Shown here piece by piece: positions 26,543 through 40,249 of a DNA stretch of 64,000 bases. Position 1 is the first letter of the stretch. Every line of letters begins with the position of its first letter. The translations under genes and the position numbers were made by a program. The DNA is from Bugula neritina (taxonomy: Eukaryota; Animalia; Bryozoa), in NCBI GenBank assembly GCA_964035545.1, contig OZ037769.1, forward strand, positions 12,058,633 through 12,122,632, given 5' to 3'. The notes below the pieces were generated by a model. That model worked only from the letters and a program-made list of their open reading frames with translations. It did not search any database and had not been told where the DNA came from.

Positions 26543-27254
26543 AACATTGTAATTAAAATAGTTCACAATGAAACATGCACAGATATATGCATGCTAATAT
26601 AGAACTGTAACTTTGTAATATAATATGTATTACAAGTACATCAGTGGTGCATGATGTCTTTTTAGAAAGATAAACACATATTTTGTCTTATATAATCATG
26701 ATAACATAGAATTTAATATAGACAATTTAACAGATAATATAAGACTTCTTCAATGTTTTTGTATTTTGAAGTTAAAAACAAAATATGTGTTGTTTCATTA
26801 AAAACTGAAAAAGACCTATAGGTAGTATTATTATCTCTACAATTAGGAACCCATTTTGATGAAATTGCATTGAATATAGGTATACTAATTAAATTCAATA
26901 AACTAATAACTTTTATGATTTGCATTAAAGCATTGCTTTATATACATATGAACATAATTTTAAACAGTAATTATTTTTAAGCAACTTTTCCTGTTTTTAC
27001 AATGGTATCTCTTTAATTTGTTAAGATTTTGGCAAAGGTCTTTGAATGCTGAAGTGACTGTTGCTATGACAGAAGAAGAGATAGAATTTACTGGAACCAA
27101 CACTGAAGTGCTGTGTTACTACCATGATGGAGTTCTTAACCAATACTACACCCTGGCTACTTGTAAACAACCAATCAGAGGTCGATTTGTTCAGATTTTG
27201 TTTAATGCTGAAACATCTTTGAACCTTTATGAAGTTGATGTTCATGGAATTTAA
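24726..27254 (+). CDS. Secreted PAN/apple-like + F-type lectin (fucolectin / F5/8 type C-like) protein
   Basis: Exons 24726-24759, 25037-25366, 25787-25993, 27026-27254. Signal peptide MQVLSAFVCFTVLVHLVIPVKC; CLLKC...YNVRTKRCFL (PAN-like); LARGKPAKLSS...AEKAVDG...AHS...PWWRVDL...NR...GRFVQI...LNLYEVDVHG (FTP-like). Exons 3 and 4 do not join in phase as written. Confidence 0.8.
25665..25736 (-). mobile_element. tRNA-derived SINE head / tRNA pseudogene in lectin intron 2
   Basis: A box TGGTGTAATGG and B box GGTTCGATTCC with imperfect acceptor and anticodon stems; a more decayed relative lies at ~35820-35885 (+). Confidence 0.65.
26475..26540. repeat. (AT)n microsatellite
   Basis: Pure AT run. 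Confidence 0.95.
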
Positions 27255-28269
27255 CATTCCAAATATTTTGATTTTACTTCAAAATATTGCCGTTAAAATG
27301 CTTCGATTAGAATCGTCTATTTTGATTGAAAATTGTCAATATACGTCATTTCACAGTTAAAAAGTCAAATTTTGCTGTGTTTATTTCTATGTACACTATG
27401 ATGAATACAAGAATTTGTTTAAGCAAGGATAGTTTTTAATAGTACTGAAACTATAATAATTTTTCTCAGCTAAACTGTGACAGATGCAATAGTCATTATT
27501 TTGAAAAGTTAAAAATATAACAGTGTTGATATGAATATATGTATATTTTTCTAGAGGTGCAAAAAGCAAAAGGTAAATTCGATGCTGCTCGAGTATTACT
27601 GTTTGAGCAGCATTTTAGATTTGAGTTTTTAGTTGTTAACTAATTACTCTGAATAGCAGATATGGTGAATTTATTGCATCATTAGTGTAATGCAGTATTA
27701 AATGCTCAAAACATATAATTTGGATAATAATTTATACCGTTGATTGTCTGTTAAATGGTAATAGTTTAAAACAGCAATAATGTTTTTTATGATAGAGAGT
27801 ATTTAACTTTGGTAAAATTTTTATTCATATAAACATCGTAGCTATCGTCTCTTAAGCATGTATGTTTTATGTAAGTGAAAATGGCCAAATGTGATTTTTG
27901 TCATTGCATGTTTGTTCATCAGACTTATATTTATTGTATTATTGAATAAAAATTGGTGAACCAAAAGCAAATAAAGTTCTAATAGTTTCCCAGCATCTTC
28001 ATCTTATTGATTTTTAGAATATTTTCAGCATTTGTATGAAAGTAGCTATTTTAGGCATATCAATTAGAATTGCTCAGTCAACAAACTCTTCTATAGTTGA
28101 TATAAAATCACTTAATATTACAAAAGAGTTTAAATGAGTTATTGATTTTTTACTGCATGTCTAGTGGCTGAAACTCTCAGCTTTATACTAAAAAGAAGGT
28201 ATAACGTTTAACATACTATATGTAAATCTACATACATCTCTTAAATTTTGCCTAAATAGTAAAGAGAGG

Positions 28270-28386
<117 letters not shown>

Positions 28387-29400
28387 AAGCAGCATTTATT
28401 CCATATATATATATATTATATGTACAAGTAATACGTACTATGTTAAATAAAAGGTTCAAGGTCTAATCTCCTAGATTTTGCTTAAAGGTAAAGGAAAGGT
28501 TATATGATTATATAGCAAAATGTTTATTCTGTACATATATTATGCAATGTAGAGATTTTGAGTATATAAACAGATTTGAAAAATCAAAACTACTCACCAA
28601 TTGGCATTTTATCTCAATATAAATGTAAAAGAAACATTTTGCAAAAAAATTCAGCCTATGCACGCATGCAAGCAAAATAGTTTATGTAATCATACTTTAA
28701 ATACAACTTTAATTCAAATAAAACCATACTTCAATAGAATATATAGAGCTAAATAATTAGACCTTTAAAAAATGTTTACACTCTATGTGATCTACCCCAA
28801 GTAACTACTTGAGAGAAGTTGGTGAATATAACTAAAGAAATTATATAAAAAAATAGTTATGTATATTTAAATTGCTTATATAAAACTTTATAATGCTCTT
28901 GATTTTTATTTCATGCTTTTAATTAGTTATAGTATGCACGCAAGGAATGTAAGTTATATTTGGTGGTTTGTTAGCAGCAATTTGACAAACTATATCAACT
29001 ATCATGCCCGGCAATTACTGCACTGCATCATATAGGAGCAGTCTCAGTCTCTTAATTGCTCGACAACATTGATTGAAGAAGGGAAAATCTCTAGCTGCCA
29101 TTATTATATACTATACAAGGCCTGCGCCTACAGTCTAATCAATGGCAAAGTCATTGCAGTAAATACTCAAATTATACAATAAATAGTATATTGTGTATGC
29201 TTTGTTGTTTATTGCCGATTCAGTTACTAAAAGATATTATATAATATTGCTGTTATAGCTTTCTGTATTAACACTTTTGTTCTTGAGCTGCCATGCCAAT
29301 GAACTTCACAATTTATTTTTGTTTTATTTACATACATATTAATGAACATGCATGCATGCTACCCTTACGAAAACTGAAAATTTGCAACGTATTACTAGTA

Positions 29401-30718
29401 GGGGTAACGGGGGCACAACGGGCCGAATTTTGCATTTTTTGCCCTCATTCGTCTGTTTTTTAAGTTACTAGTTCAATAATCTCTAGTCTTAATGCTGCAC
29501 CTGTTCTCTATTACATGTATCAGTTTGTTGTTTCTATCTCTCTCACAACTTTCAGAATAATGAAATTTTCATGACGAAAAAATCGGCCCATTGTGCCCCG
29601 GTACCGGGGTACAATGGGCCACTGGGTGGGACACAACAAATATATTGAAACTTTGCAGATTTTGTTGCATCTGATCTTTATTTATTTAGTCTTACAAATA
29701 AATAAAAATATTCTTTTAGATCTACAGCAAAATTCATGTTTTAGCTGTACAGTTTGTGCCACCACAGGTAGCAGAGGAAGGCAAAATCAAACGCACATCA
29801 CTCGGTTCTACAGTGCCATTATCATTGCTGTTTTTAACTAAATTTTTTTTTATTTACACCTCAGAGAAACTTTTATTAGAAAAAAAACTTTAGTAACATG
29901 TACTACAAAAATCTGAGTAGACTTTTTTCTATGAACTGTAGCTAAGGTGCATGGCTTTAGTTTGTGGCTGGAGTATGAAAGGGAGAGGGGGGAGCGAATG
30001 AGCAAATCACAATTTATTTTAGTCAAATACGTGTATATTCTCTCAATGATATAATGTATAGTGAATATTATGACTATCTACCAGTAGCAACAGCAGAGTG
30101 TTTTGTATTATGTATAAAACAGCAAAGCTTTAACCTCACCAGATGTATATATTAGGGGAGCTTCACCTTGTAGTTTTGTAGTCTTACCATATGATGTCTT
30201 TGATATTTTACAAAAAAAAAGTCATAAATGGCTATATCTATAGATTTTAGTAACATTTCAACCAACTTTTTGAGCAAACAAACTAATAACAGTGATCAGG
30301 GTGCAATAATCAGGTGGCCCATTGTGCCCCGGTCAGCGTGGCCCATTGTGCCCCGGATGGCCAAATTGAACATAAATGTGCCTCAAGGAAAATTTATTTT
30401 AGAGTTTGCTGTTATACTAGTTAAGCAATGCAGACACAAGCAATGGCAACAATTTCAGTAAAATCTAGGCCTGTTACCTTTGAATGTAAAAAGTTATAGA
30501 GCTTTAACGACATCTTGAAAATTTTACAAAATGTAGGTAAAAAGAGTTTTTCACTCGCCTTTTCAACACGTGTGTTCCGCAAGTGTTGAAACTACAATGG
30601 CTGAATATTTACGTCAATACCTTTTTATGAAAAAAAAATCACAACTCTAAGTCAATAAGTTCTCTCACAATTTGGCCGGCTTTTTGTACCCCTATGACCG
30701 TTGTGCCCCCGTTACCCC
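29401..30718. mobile_element. Non-autonomous DNA transposon (MITE), TA-flanked, possibly Tc1/mariner-pogo superfamily
   Basis: Perfect 21-bp TIRs GGGGTAACGGGGGCACAACGG / CCGTTGTGCCCCCGTTACCCC with TA on both sides; internal copies of GGCCCATTGTGCCCCGG near 29585, 29604 (inverted), 30316 and 30339. Confidence 0.92.
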
Positions 30719-30726
30719 TATACTAT

Positions 30727-30936
30727 AAAAAAATTCACGCTAGTTTATAGTCACTATGCCTGTGAGAAACCCCTGGTGGAAAGAGTTTTTTGTTAAAGCG
30801 GGCTATAAGGACTTATTTAAATGAGGCACAGGAGCAATTATGACCGGATGCTCTTCCTAACATCGCCAATGGCCTTTTGCCCGTGACCTCGTGTTCACTA
30901 GGCAAATGCTCTAACCTCTAGACCACGGCTGCTCCC
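30727..30936 (-). mobile_element. tRNA-derived SINE (family 2)
   Basis: Head GGGAGCAGCCGTGGTCTAGAGGTTAGAGC and body homologous to the copy at 54353-54570. Confidence 0.8.
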
Positions 30937-33886
30937 TATTACTAGTATATTACTATAGCAAGGTAAAAAACAGTATAGATTTAAAATTATGGATATAACT
31001 ATAACATTCATGGCTCGGTGCCTCGACTAGCTACAGTGCTATTGCGCCATAGGCCCTGTCATTTTGTTTATTTTTTCTCAATTAAATTTTTTCCCCGACT
31101 GCGACAAAATAAAAACAAACAAACAAACTATGTTATAGCTTGGGTACTTTGAGGAATGACAACAAACCGAATAATTAATTGACCATAATTTTAACATTAC
31201 ATTCAAAAGTCAAAAATAATTTGTTATGAAGATGTCTTTCCTAGGCTTCACTTGATAAGAAAACCTCAATATTGATAGTTATTATACAACCTCTAAAAAT
31301 AATTAGCTTTGTTTTGTAAAAGTTAATTCTATGACCAATGCTAAAAAGAATGTTTATATAGCATTGAAAAAATTTGATTATCATAGTAAAATATATAATA
31401 AAAGAATTACTCTATGTTATGTAAAATGAAGTCTCTTAATTTTGTAGTCAAATAAATAGCGCAGCCTGAGCGTGTATAAATATTATTTAAATTCGGTGTG
31501 TGACAACCTTCAAAAAGTGGGCATGTGTTATGAGCCAGTGCATGTAAGTTTGAATTTTATAAAAACTTTTTAAAACACAATAATTTTGCTAATAGTATTT
31601 AATAGCAGCTCTGAAACAGTCTGCATTCCACAGAAGGAGTTAAAGCAAACATATATGACACCTGACTGTAATAAATTTATTAAATATACAGACGGCCAAA
31701 ACAACTTGAAAAGGAATGTAATTTATGTTAATTCAAGGAGACAAAAACAATGTTTTTAAAATTAGCTAGTATAATATGTCAACTGTTAGTTCGCTTCATC
31801 TTTAGTGAATTATCATCAGCATACGAATATAAAATAATTAAAAAAGTGAAAGTGCATCTATATATTCATGCATTACTCTAGCAACTTAAAACAAAAGATG
31901 AGTATAGCATTGCTTTACATGACGTTGCTTTACCGTTATATTTAAATAAATCACAAGTACAGTTTTCAAACTAAGCTAATGCTATGGCGATGGTGAGTGC
32001 ATGTAACATTGGTCAACTAGGTTACAGTAATACTGGAGACTCAAGAAATATTATATGTTGGATAAGCATAAAATTTAAGTTTGTGACTGCTATAACACTG
32101 ATTGTTTTGTTTCAGTTAAATAAACATTATATACATATATAACAGGTTTTGTAACTTAGAGTAAATGTTGAAATTCTCTTCTTTGACCAATTGGAGGGTA
32201 TGTAAAACTCATTTTTTCTTTCAGCGGAGAGTGAGCCTCTGTAGATACATGGATACACGATGCACATTAATCATTAGTTTATAGGATATTATTTTACACA
32301 GCATATTGTGGCATCATTCAGGGTATTTGTAAACAGAAAATCATGAAATACTTTTACATAAAAATAAAAAAAATATTATCAGAAGTTAAACGCATTATTT
32401 ATATAAGGTGCAAAACATGTGCAGGTTGATCATTGGACAGCCAAAGTCAAACAGTGAGGCTACTGCATGCTGATAGAATGTAATCTTCTGCTCTGATATC
32501 ACAAAAAAAACGTTTATATATAATACTACTATAATGCTAATAAAACGTTTATACTAGTAATTGTCTTTTCTTTATGTCTGATATTATCAACAGTTGATAA
32601 CTTTCAATAGGCTCTACTGATTTTTATTAAATACTACTTACAATCTTTTTCCCGTTCCTTCTCTTCTCCCTCAATCATACATAAAATATGGTGGTTCTGC
32701 AGTAAATCACAACTTTACTTACTATTTATCCCAATAAAATACATACTAAGATGGCATCAACCTCCAGCTCAACACTGCAGGCATTCTTTTTTAAAGTCTA
32801 GTTTTGCTGCTAGAACAGGTTGCATAACTTGTGGCAAACAATTTTCTTTCAACAATTAACAAAAGTACTTTAGAAATTCGTGTTTGTGTTTAATGATACT
32901 GCAGCATATTAATGTATGTATTTTAGCGTATATGCATATATATGTAATTTTTCCTCCGCCCTTCTTGGCCTGTGCATAAAAGTTTGTTTTCAGCCATGAG
33001 TCTTTTTCATTGGTTGTTACCTGTGTGTTAACTGACTGCATGAGTGCTGCTACTAGTCATAGTTATTAACTAATTATTCAACAGATTAAAAGCTAATACA
33101 TAACCAAATGCTCTTTGTTAGTTGCTAAGATGTGACAAGGTTTTTTGCTTCTTTATTTAAAGGATAAATGACTCCAAAGTATGCTATGTGTCATTGCAAT
33201 AGTCATCATTCATATGTTTACCCTGTTCATAAAGTATTTTGTAATCATATATATAGTTGTTAGAAATAAAATTCAATTTTACTTCAAAATATTTAATATT
33301 TAAGATTTAATTGTGCTATTGTTTATTTGTTCAAATATGTAGACTTGATATATTATTTTTACTTATTGAATAAATTTGCTTCACAGGGGTGGTGCCACAT
33401 AGCCAAATCTATTAAGTAATGAAATAATTACATTTTGTTTTATAGGTATTATTATATCTTTTTGCAACTTGCATGAGCTAAAATTTCAGACGTTGAAAGT
33501 TCTGCTTAAGCTGCATGATCTTTAACTCTCAGATTAGTAAAAGAAATGATTTAGGTACTTGAGTGACAAATCAATAAAGTTTAACTTGACGTAAAATCTT
33601 CTTGTTAACAATGTTTACACCGACTAATATATTGTAAAAACAAAGAATACTTGCTATCAATAACAATTTTTTCTACATCTGACAACAAATATAAACAAAC
33701 AATATGTCTGTCCTATATACAAAGAACAGTTTAGAGCCTTATTTAGACAATTTAAAGAAAGCAATGATTAGTTCAAATAACTAAATGATTGTCGTAAGAT
33801 ATTTTGTAGCTATATAATAGTCTTTATGACTCAATAAGAACACAAAGGGTCTTTCTAATGAACTTTTGAAATATAACAATAACTTT

Positions 33887-34846
33887 TCAATTGCATTCTT
33901 CAGGTCTAATAACTCTATGAGATTGGCTACCTACTCTTAAAATACTCTTTACACGATCAATGTACTTGGGATGAAAATAAATGAACATACAAATATTCAC
34001 AATACCATACATTGAAACTAAAATTGCACTTATTGCTTCTACTGTAATTGCAAAAGTAGAAATTAAATTGAAAGTCTGACAGATTAAAATCACAATAACA
34101 AACAAGACGTTAAGTTGGTAGACAACATAACTCCAAATAATGTATTTACTGGCTGATATTATTAGTCTATCTTCAAATGAGTTCCTTTGGATCATTACCT
34201 TCAACTCTTTCCATACTTTGACCAGTATAACAGATATTAGAAGGGACAGAATTATATTTTGAATTGAAAATAATGAATAGACTATTTTTTGTTCAAAAGT
34301 TTGTGGCACAACTTGGAATGTCACTGATGTCCAGCAAAATTTTATCTTTGGTGTCATACCAAGAACCATTGAACTTAGCAACCCAAAAGTGTAAGTGAGT
34401 CCAGCTACACACTTAAAATTGTTAATGAAAAAGTGTGTGCTGTACTTGTATGGTTGACACACCCCAATATACTTCTCAACACTTGACAACAGAAATACGA
34501 GAAACCTTAGAATAGTTCCACATCCCATTCCAGCAAATATAACCTTTGAAATCCAATAAGCTGCTGGTACATGAAGCTTTAAAATGGCGTGCTTAACCTC
34601 ACAGTTAAAGTATAAAATGCTGAAAAAGCAGAATATTAAATCAGAGATGCTAAAGTTTACCAGAATCCAGAAATATTTGGTAGTTTTAATCTCTTTCATC
34701 TGATTTAGTACAACCAGATGTAGAATATTGAGAATTATGGAAAGACAGTTCACCCCATCGATAATCTGTGCAAATGGATGATAGCATTGATCTGTGTTGT
34801 TGTGACAAGGTAGAATATCTGTGTATACTGAGCTGTAGTTGCTCAT
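33887..34846 (-). CDS. Intronless divergent rhodopsin-family (class A-like) GPCR, orphan / chemoreceptor-like
   Basis: 319 aa with seven hydrophobic segments and N-terminal glycosylation sequons; TM2 NFSISDL, TM3 SVEKYIGVCQP (DRY equivalent), TM7 YGIVNICMF. Confidence 0.85.
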   Translation of the reverse strand: MSNYSSVYTDILPCHNNTDQCYHPFAQIIDGVNCLSIILNILHLVVLNQMKEIKTTKYFWILVNFSISDLIFCFFSILYFNCEVKHAILKLHVPAAYWISKVIFAGMGCGTILRFLVFLLSSVEKYIGVCQPYKYSTHFFINNFKCVAGLTYTFGLLSSMVLGMTPKIKFCWTSVTFQVVPQTFEQKIVYSLFSIQNIILSLLISVILVKVWKELKVMIQRNSFEDRLIISASKYIIWSYVVYQLNVLFVIVILICQTFNLISTFAITVEAISAILVSMYGIVNICMFIYFHPKYIDRVKSILRVGSQSHRVIRPEECN

Positions 34847-36828
34847 CTTTCTCCAGAAATTATTCTAATATATAGTCAAATCTATATACTACATGCAACT
34901 ACTATTTTCCAGATGCAATGTGCCATGGATCTTCTGTCTTTGCCATATATATCTCTATATATAAGTAAAATTATATCAATTCAATTATTGTCAACTCTCA
35001 AATTAAGAAAGTTAAACTCTGTTTAAACTTAGCAACAATATAAAAAGTTAACAAAAAAAATCTAGCAGCTTTTTTTTATTTAACCATGAATGAATTCCTG
35101 AACAAAATATTCTGATTATTATTGCACTCACTCTACACCTTGTTTTCTTTTTCATTATAATAGATGCAATGTCGAAGAAAACAAACCTGATAAGTACAGA
35201 ATGTACATTTGTTTATACTGTGCAGTTCTTCTATCCTTTTTCGGTCACTGCATGTCTATCAGCACTTGGCAGCAAACTTGTCTATTAGTATGTACACTGT
35301 AAATTACATTTTTCATAAATCAATGAGGATGCATATTTAATTACTTTTCATATATAAAATACTTCCCATTTAATTAATTTTCATTATAATATTTGTTATA
35401 GCTAAAAACATTATACTGTGACATGTCAATGGTTATGTAATAACTAAAAGCACATATGAAATGCTGAGAATAAACTTATGCTGTGTATAATTTCCATTTC
35501 TTTTGTTTTCTATGATCCTTGGAACAAAGAGCTGCTGCTTAAGATGTCCATATGAATGTTATTTTTGCTTAGCTATTTCCTGTGAACTCATATCTTGGAT
35601 ATATAACCTTTCAACTACAAACACATAGAGAATTCTTCCATTTAGAGTTGCTTCTGTATGAGGCAAGTGAACTGTGTTATCCTCATAAATATTATATGGT
35701 ATAGAGGCATATCAATACTTTACATATAAATTTATATAGCTCAATAATAGTGTACTATCCACTAATATTTTGACTAAACAGTACAACAAACATATGAATC
35801 TATAACACACTGCTTAATGCAGTGGTGTAATTGGCTAGCGCCATGCTTGCAAGACGGAGATCTGTGGTTTGAGTTTTGGGCAAATAATTTTCATTTTCTT
35901 AAACAGAAACTCCTTTTAAAACTGCAGTTGAAAGCAACCATACAGTAAAAAAAAATTATGTAATTTTTACACATACTAAATGAAATATTTACCGAATATG
36001 TTGAAAAAAGAAGTTAAAGCATAGACAGTACAGATAAATTGCCGAAAATACAATGTTGACAGTAAGTATTCGGGTATATAATTGGGAAAAATTATTCAAA
36101 AATACATAAATAGGCTGAGGAGAATTTGATTATTTAATTGCATGCTTCAAGTCTTGCAACAAAGCATCTTGTAAAATCCAAAGCATGGAAGAGCTTTTGT
36201 TATTTTATTCATGCATCTGACACATTGGCATATTTGTAGCTATCTAGATAAGTTTTCATTGGACAATGCAGGATCTGCACTAAAGGTGAAGGTAAAAACT
36301 TGTTTCTGACGTTTTAATTTCACTTGGCTTAAAGCAACCCAGTATATTTTTAGTAGCAATAAAGATAGACAATTCATCAATAAGATAAAATAAATATTAC
36401 TATTTGTTCATTGCATAGATTTATTTACAGTGATTACTATAAATAATACAAACAAAGACAAAACATAAAAAATCACAACATAATAATATAAAATAAATAT
36501 CTGATGCTCAGAGAGCTAAATAAATAGAAAATTAAAATATTATATATTACACAGCATAGTTATGCTGTGTTAGGTATGACAGTAATGTGATGCTACATTA
36601 GGTTACACATGATTGCTTATAGGGCTTTACAGCATAATTCTCTCTCTCTAGAAATAATGATTTGGTCATTTCTTAGGGAACCCATCTGAAACAAAATCAA
36701 CATAAAATGACAAGTTGGAGCGATCAGACACAAAATATTACAATAGAGGAAGCAAGCAGGAAAAGAAAGGTAAATTACAAATATAAATAGATCAAAGGTC
36801 AATCACATATAGATATCCTTTAGTGGCC

Positions 36829-39236
36829 TCACAAACCTGTAAGACCACATAAAATAAACTTCGTAAAACAAATAGTTTATGTTTCTGTCAACATGTCTAC
36901 CTTATCGACATATTATTAGACTTGCAAATGAGGTAAAATGTATGTAATCACTCACTAGATTATAGGCAGTACCCAAATTATTATCTCTATAAAAAACAGG
37001 ATTAGTTGCAAGAGCATCAACATGGTTCAACCAGTACAAACTCCTACTGGCAAACCAAAACGTATTTAAATAAAGCTTGTGTAATTCTTCAGGAATGCTC
37101 ATAGAGAATGCACCTTCCATTCTATGTAGAACACCCATTACATTGCAAAACAAACTGCTTTAGTTTTCACAAGTTTTTAAAACTTCATGAAACTAAAAAC
37201 AGGAGATGGCAACCTCAACAGCGAATAGCATTATTCATAAAATTGATTTTTGAAAAGACAAATCTAGGAAATCATTTACAAGTAGTGAAAGGCAAACTTT
37301 ATGTGACAATACACAAGGTTCTAATAGGCTGTTAGATGACCAACCTTTGTACACATATTCTAATGCCGATGAAACAGTCTGCATGTCAGCTTCTATAGTC
37401 TTGGACCAACTCTCCACGTCCCCAATTTCCTAAAACAGTAAACCTGGAATTAACAGGTGAGCAGTGATGTAACATGCTTGCCCGAAACCTCTGCAAATGG
37501 AGATATAAAAAGGCAAACCATTATTATCGCTTTTGCACACCCTGCCAATTGACATTCACTTCTCAGATGTTATGTTGATTAAATCATTAACCTAAGCAAA
37601 AAGCCACACGGCTCTGTAGTTCCTTGGTTAAACTCTCCTACTGCAGTGAAACCAAACACGGCTCAATATTACTTTTTTTTACAAAACTTTCAATACTTAA
37701 TTAAATTTTCCATAAGAGCTTTATCACGTGTGATTTGGTGCTCTTCAGTTACATTAATTAATAGAAAAAAGAATACAGACTGGCAATGTACATGTTTGGG
37801 TAAATAAGCAGTGGAAGATGAGATAAGAAGATGTGCTTATTTGTGAATGAGGTTATAGTCTTGCTATGAGCATAAATAAGTCACAGTGTATTATTAATGT
37901 AATTAATAACTCACAGAGTTATTAATGTAATTACTTTGTAACAAATATTTGCTAAAATTTAACATATTTACTCCTAAAGGAAGAGAGCTTTTAGTGACTT
38001 TACAATACACAAACTATTATATAAACAGTATTCACAACAAACTACACAGCTAGTATTTTAGAGCATACTATTTCACAAAATTGAAACAAAGTAACACAGT
38101 TGGAAGTCAAATATTGAATTTTTGAATAAATAGCTCACCTTGAGTGAATAGCTGAATTCTTCCATCAATTTCAGCCATTGAGAGGTCTGCTTTGCAAAAG
38201 TAGCAGCATTTGTTTGTAGCTGCTTTGCCTCAGCATCTATTTTTCTCTGGTTAGAGTAGGCAACCGATACACTAAATAGAAACAATTCATATTTTAGCAA
38301 TAGGCACTTTCACATCGAAACCCCCTACCAAAGCAAAAATGATGATATCTGAATTTATAGAGTGACTACAGGAAGTAAACTTGGAGTTTTCTAAAAGCAA
38401 CTAGATTCCTTAAATCTTTGTTGCAAATAATACTAATGCTGCTAAGATTTCAAAATATGAAATTCATAAAAATAATGAAACACTCAGAAAAAAAGAACAA
38501 TCGATATAAAAACGTCTATTTGACCTCAGTTTTAATGCTACTGAAAATGACATTTAATTATTGTGATAATTTACAATTCAGGCCATGCATCCACACAGAG
38601 AGATTCAGCCATATAAGGAATTTTTGCACATTACTTATTCTGAACAGTGAGTATTCAAACTAAAATTAAAAATTAATTGTGATCAAAATAATAAAGATAT
38701 TCAGAGATTGTTTCCTAATGACTTTGGAAATTTCCTAACTCGAGTGCTAAATATTTATGATTAAAACAACAACAAACCTTGAATTAAGATTTTCTGTCAG
38801 AGCCTTTGTAAGTTTGCCTACAGATTCCACTGCTCTTTTGCGTCTAAGTTCTACCAAGAAGTTATAGTCAACAATCATTTAAAGTGATATTCGAGTACAA
38901 CATTACAATGACTTTGCTAATGGGGATTTTTGTAAGCAAAGCCAAATAAAGTCAAGTTATATTAAGTCATTGCTTGACTTGACCTCTTCAACTAAATAAT
39001 AACATATTATTATGGAATGATTATACTTAACAGAAATTGGACTTAGATTTGACAAACAAAGCTTGAAAAAAAACAATAAGCAATAAGAATATCAAACTAT
39101 AAACTGAATTCTACTAATATTGATATGATAAAAAATTAAAATACAGCCATACAAACAAATAATTAAACATAGTACCTTGAACTTCTCTTCTCTCTTGTTG
39201 TCGTATCTGGTGTTCTTTTACAAGACTAGCCAACAT
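36829..39236 (-). CDS. BLOC1S1: Biogenesis of lysosome-related organelles complex 1 subunit 1 (BLOS1/GCN5L1)
   Basis: Phase-consistent GT-AG exons 39176-39236, 38778-38850, 38139-38271, 37345-37429 and a probable last exon 36829-36836. Protein MLASLVKEHQIRQQERREVQELRRKRA...AYSNQRKIDAEAKQLQTNAATFAKQTSQW...[32 protein letters not shown]. Confidence 0.93.
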
Positions 39237-39489
39237 GACTACAAATAAAAGCGTAGGCTTGAAATGGCTTTCTTTAATCGTGTGTTTAAAGGCCTACAAC
39301 TGAAAATTAGTCTTAAATAAAAATTAGAAAAATGAGGTCTTGCATCATACAATTTTTAAAGCTTTCTATAACATTAACCAGCTGGCAGCTACTGATAAAA
39401 TCAATAAATTATGTTCGAGGTGTAGTTTAAAGGCAATAGCTTACATTAGTTAATAAGGGTTACCAAAGAGTATAATAATAATTGATCAA

Positions 39490-40145
39490 CGTAGTACTAG
39501 TAGTGGTGATAGTGGTAGTGGTAGTAGCAGCTCTAGTAGTCGAACTGATACTGCGATAGTTATACTCATAGCAATAGCTCATTATCACTATGAGTAAATT
39601 CAGTGCGACTATCACCATGAGTATGAGCACAAGCTCGGAGCATGACATTCACATTGTCACTTTGTGATTAGTGATTAACATATAATTATATCCAGATTGT
39701 CACTATCAGTATCACTATGATCAATGATACTCTAACTCTGACTATCACTTTCAGTATCAGTTTGAGAACCACTGTCAGACGCAGCGTCGCTGTCAGTATC
39801 CCTATAAGTATAACTATAAGTAATACCATAAGTATGACTATGAGTATGAGTACATCAAAATTAGTAAGAAGTATGATCATCACATTCACTATCACAATGT
39901 TTATGCCCATCACCTCGGGATTATCATTTTTGAGTAATGTCTCAACACTTATCAGTCTCATTTAAACTTAAAGTTAATGAGTTAAAGTTAAACTGTTAAT
40001 GATTATGATCATCATGATCATGATCATGATGATCATCATGATCATCATGTTATTGACTTATTCAATGCTTATCAATGTGATTGTGATGAAATTGAATTTA
40101 TCATCATCATGATGATGATCATGGTGAACATCAACATCAACATTT
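39490..40145. repeat. Low-complexity triplet-periodic tract (ACT/ATC/AGT/ATG)
   Basis: For example ACTATCAGTATCACTATG and (GATCAT)n; a similar (AATACT/AATAGT)n tract lies at 40945-41165. Confidence 0.7.
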
Positions 40146-40249
40146 CAAATCAGTCTCAACTTCAAGTTCAACAAATACTAAAACCAATTGTGATACAATT
40201 GAAAAAATAGAAAAACTAAAACTAAAAGTTGAAGTAAAACTTTAAAAGT

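Noticed and set aside
31780-31825. Third hammerhead candidate (minus strand CTGATGA...GAAC)
   Set aside because: GAAA core is broken and no stems I or III are visible.
39686-39965. Hydrophobic or Ser/Thr-rich ORFs resembling membrane proteins
   Set aside because: Arise from the triplet-periodic low-complexity tract between two genes.
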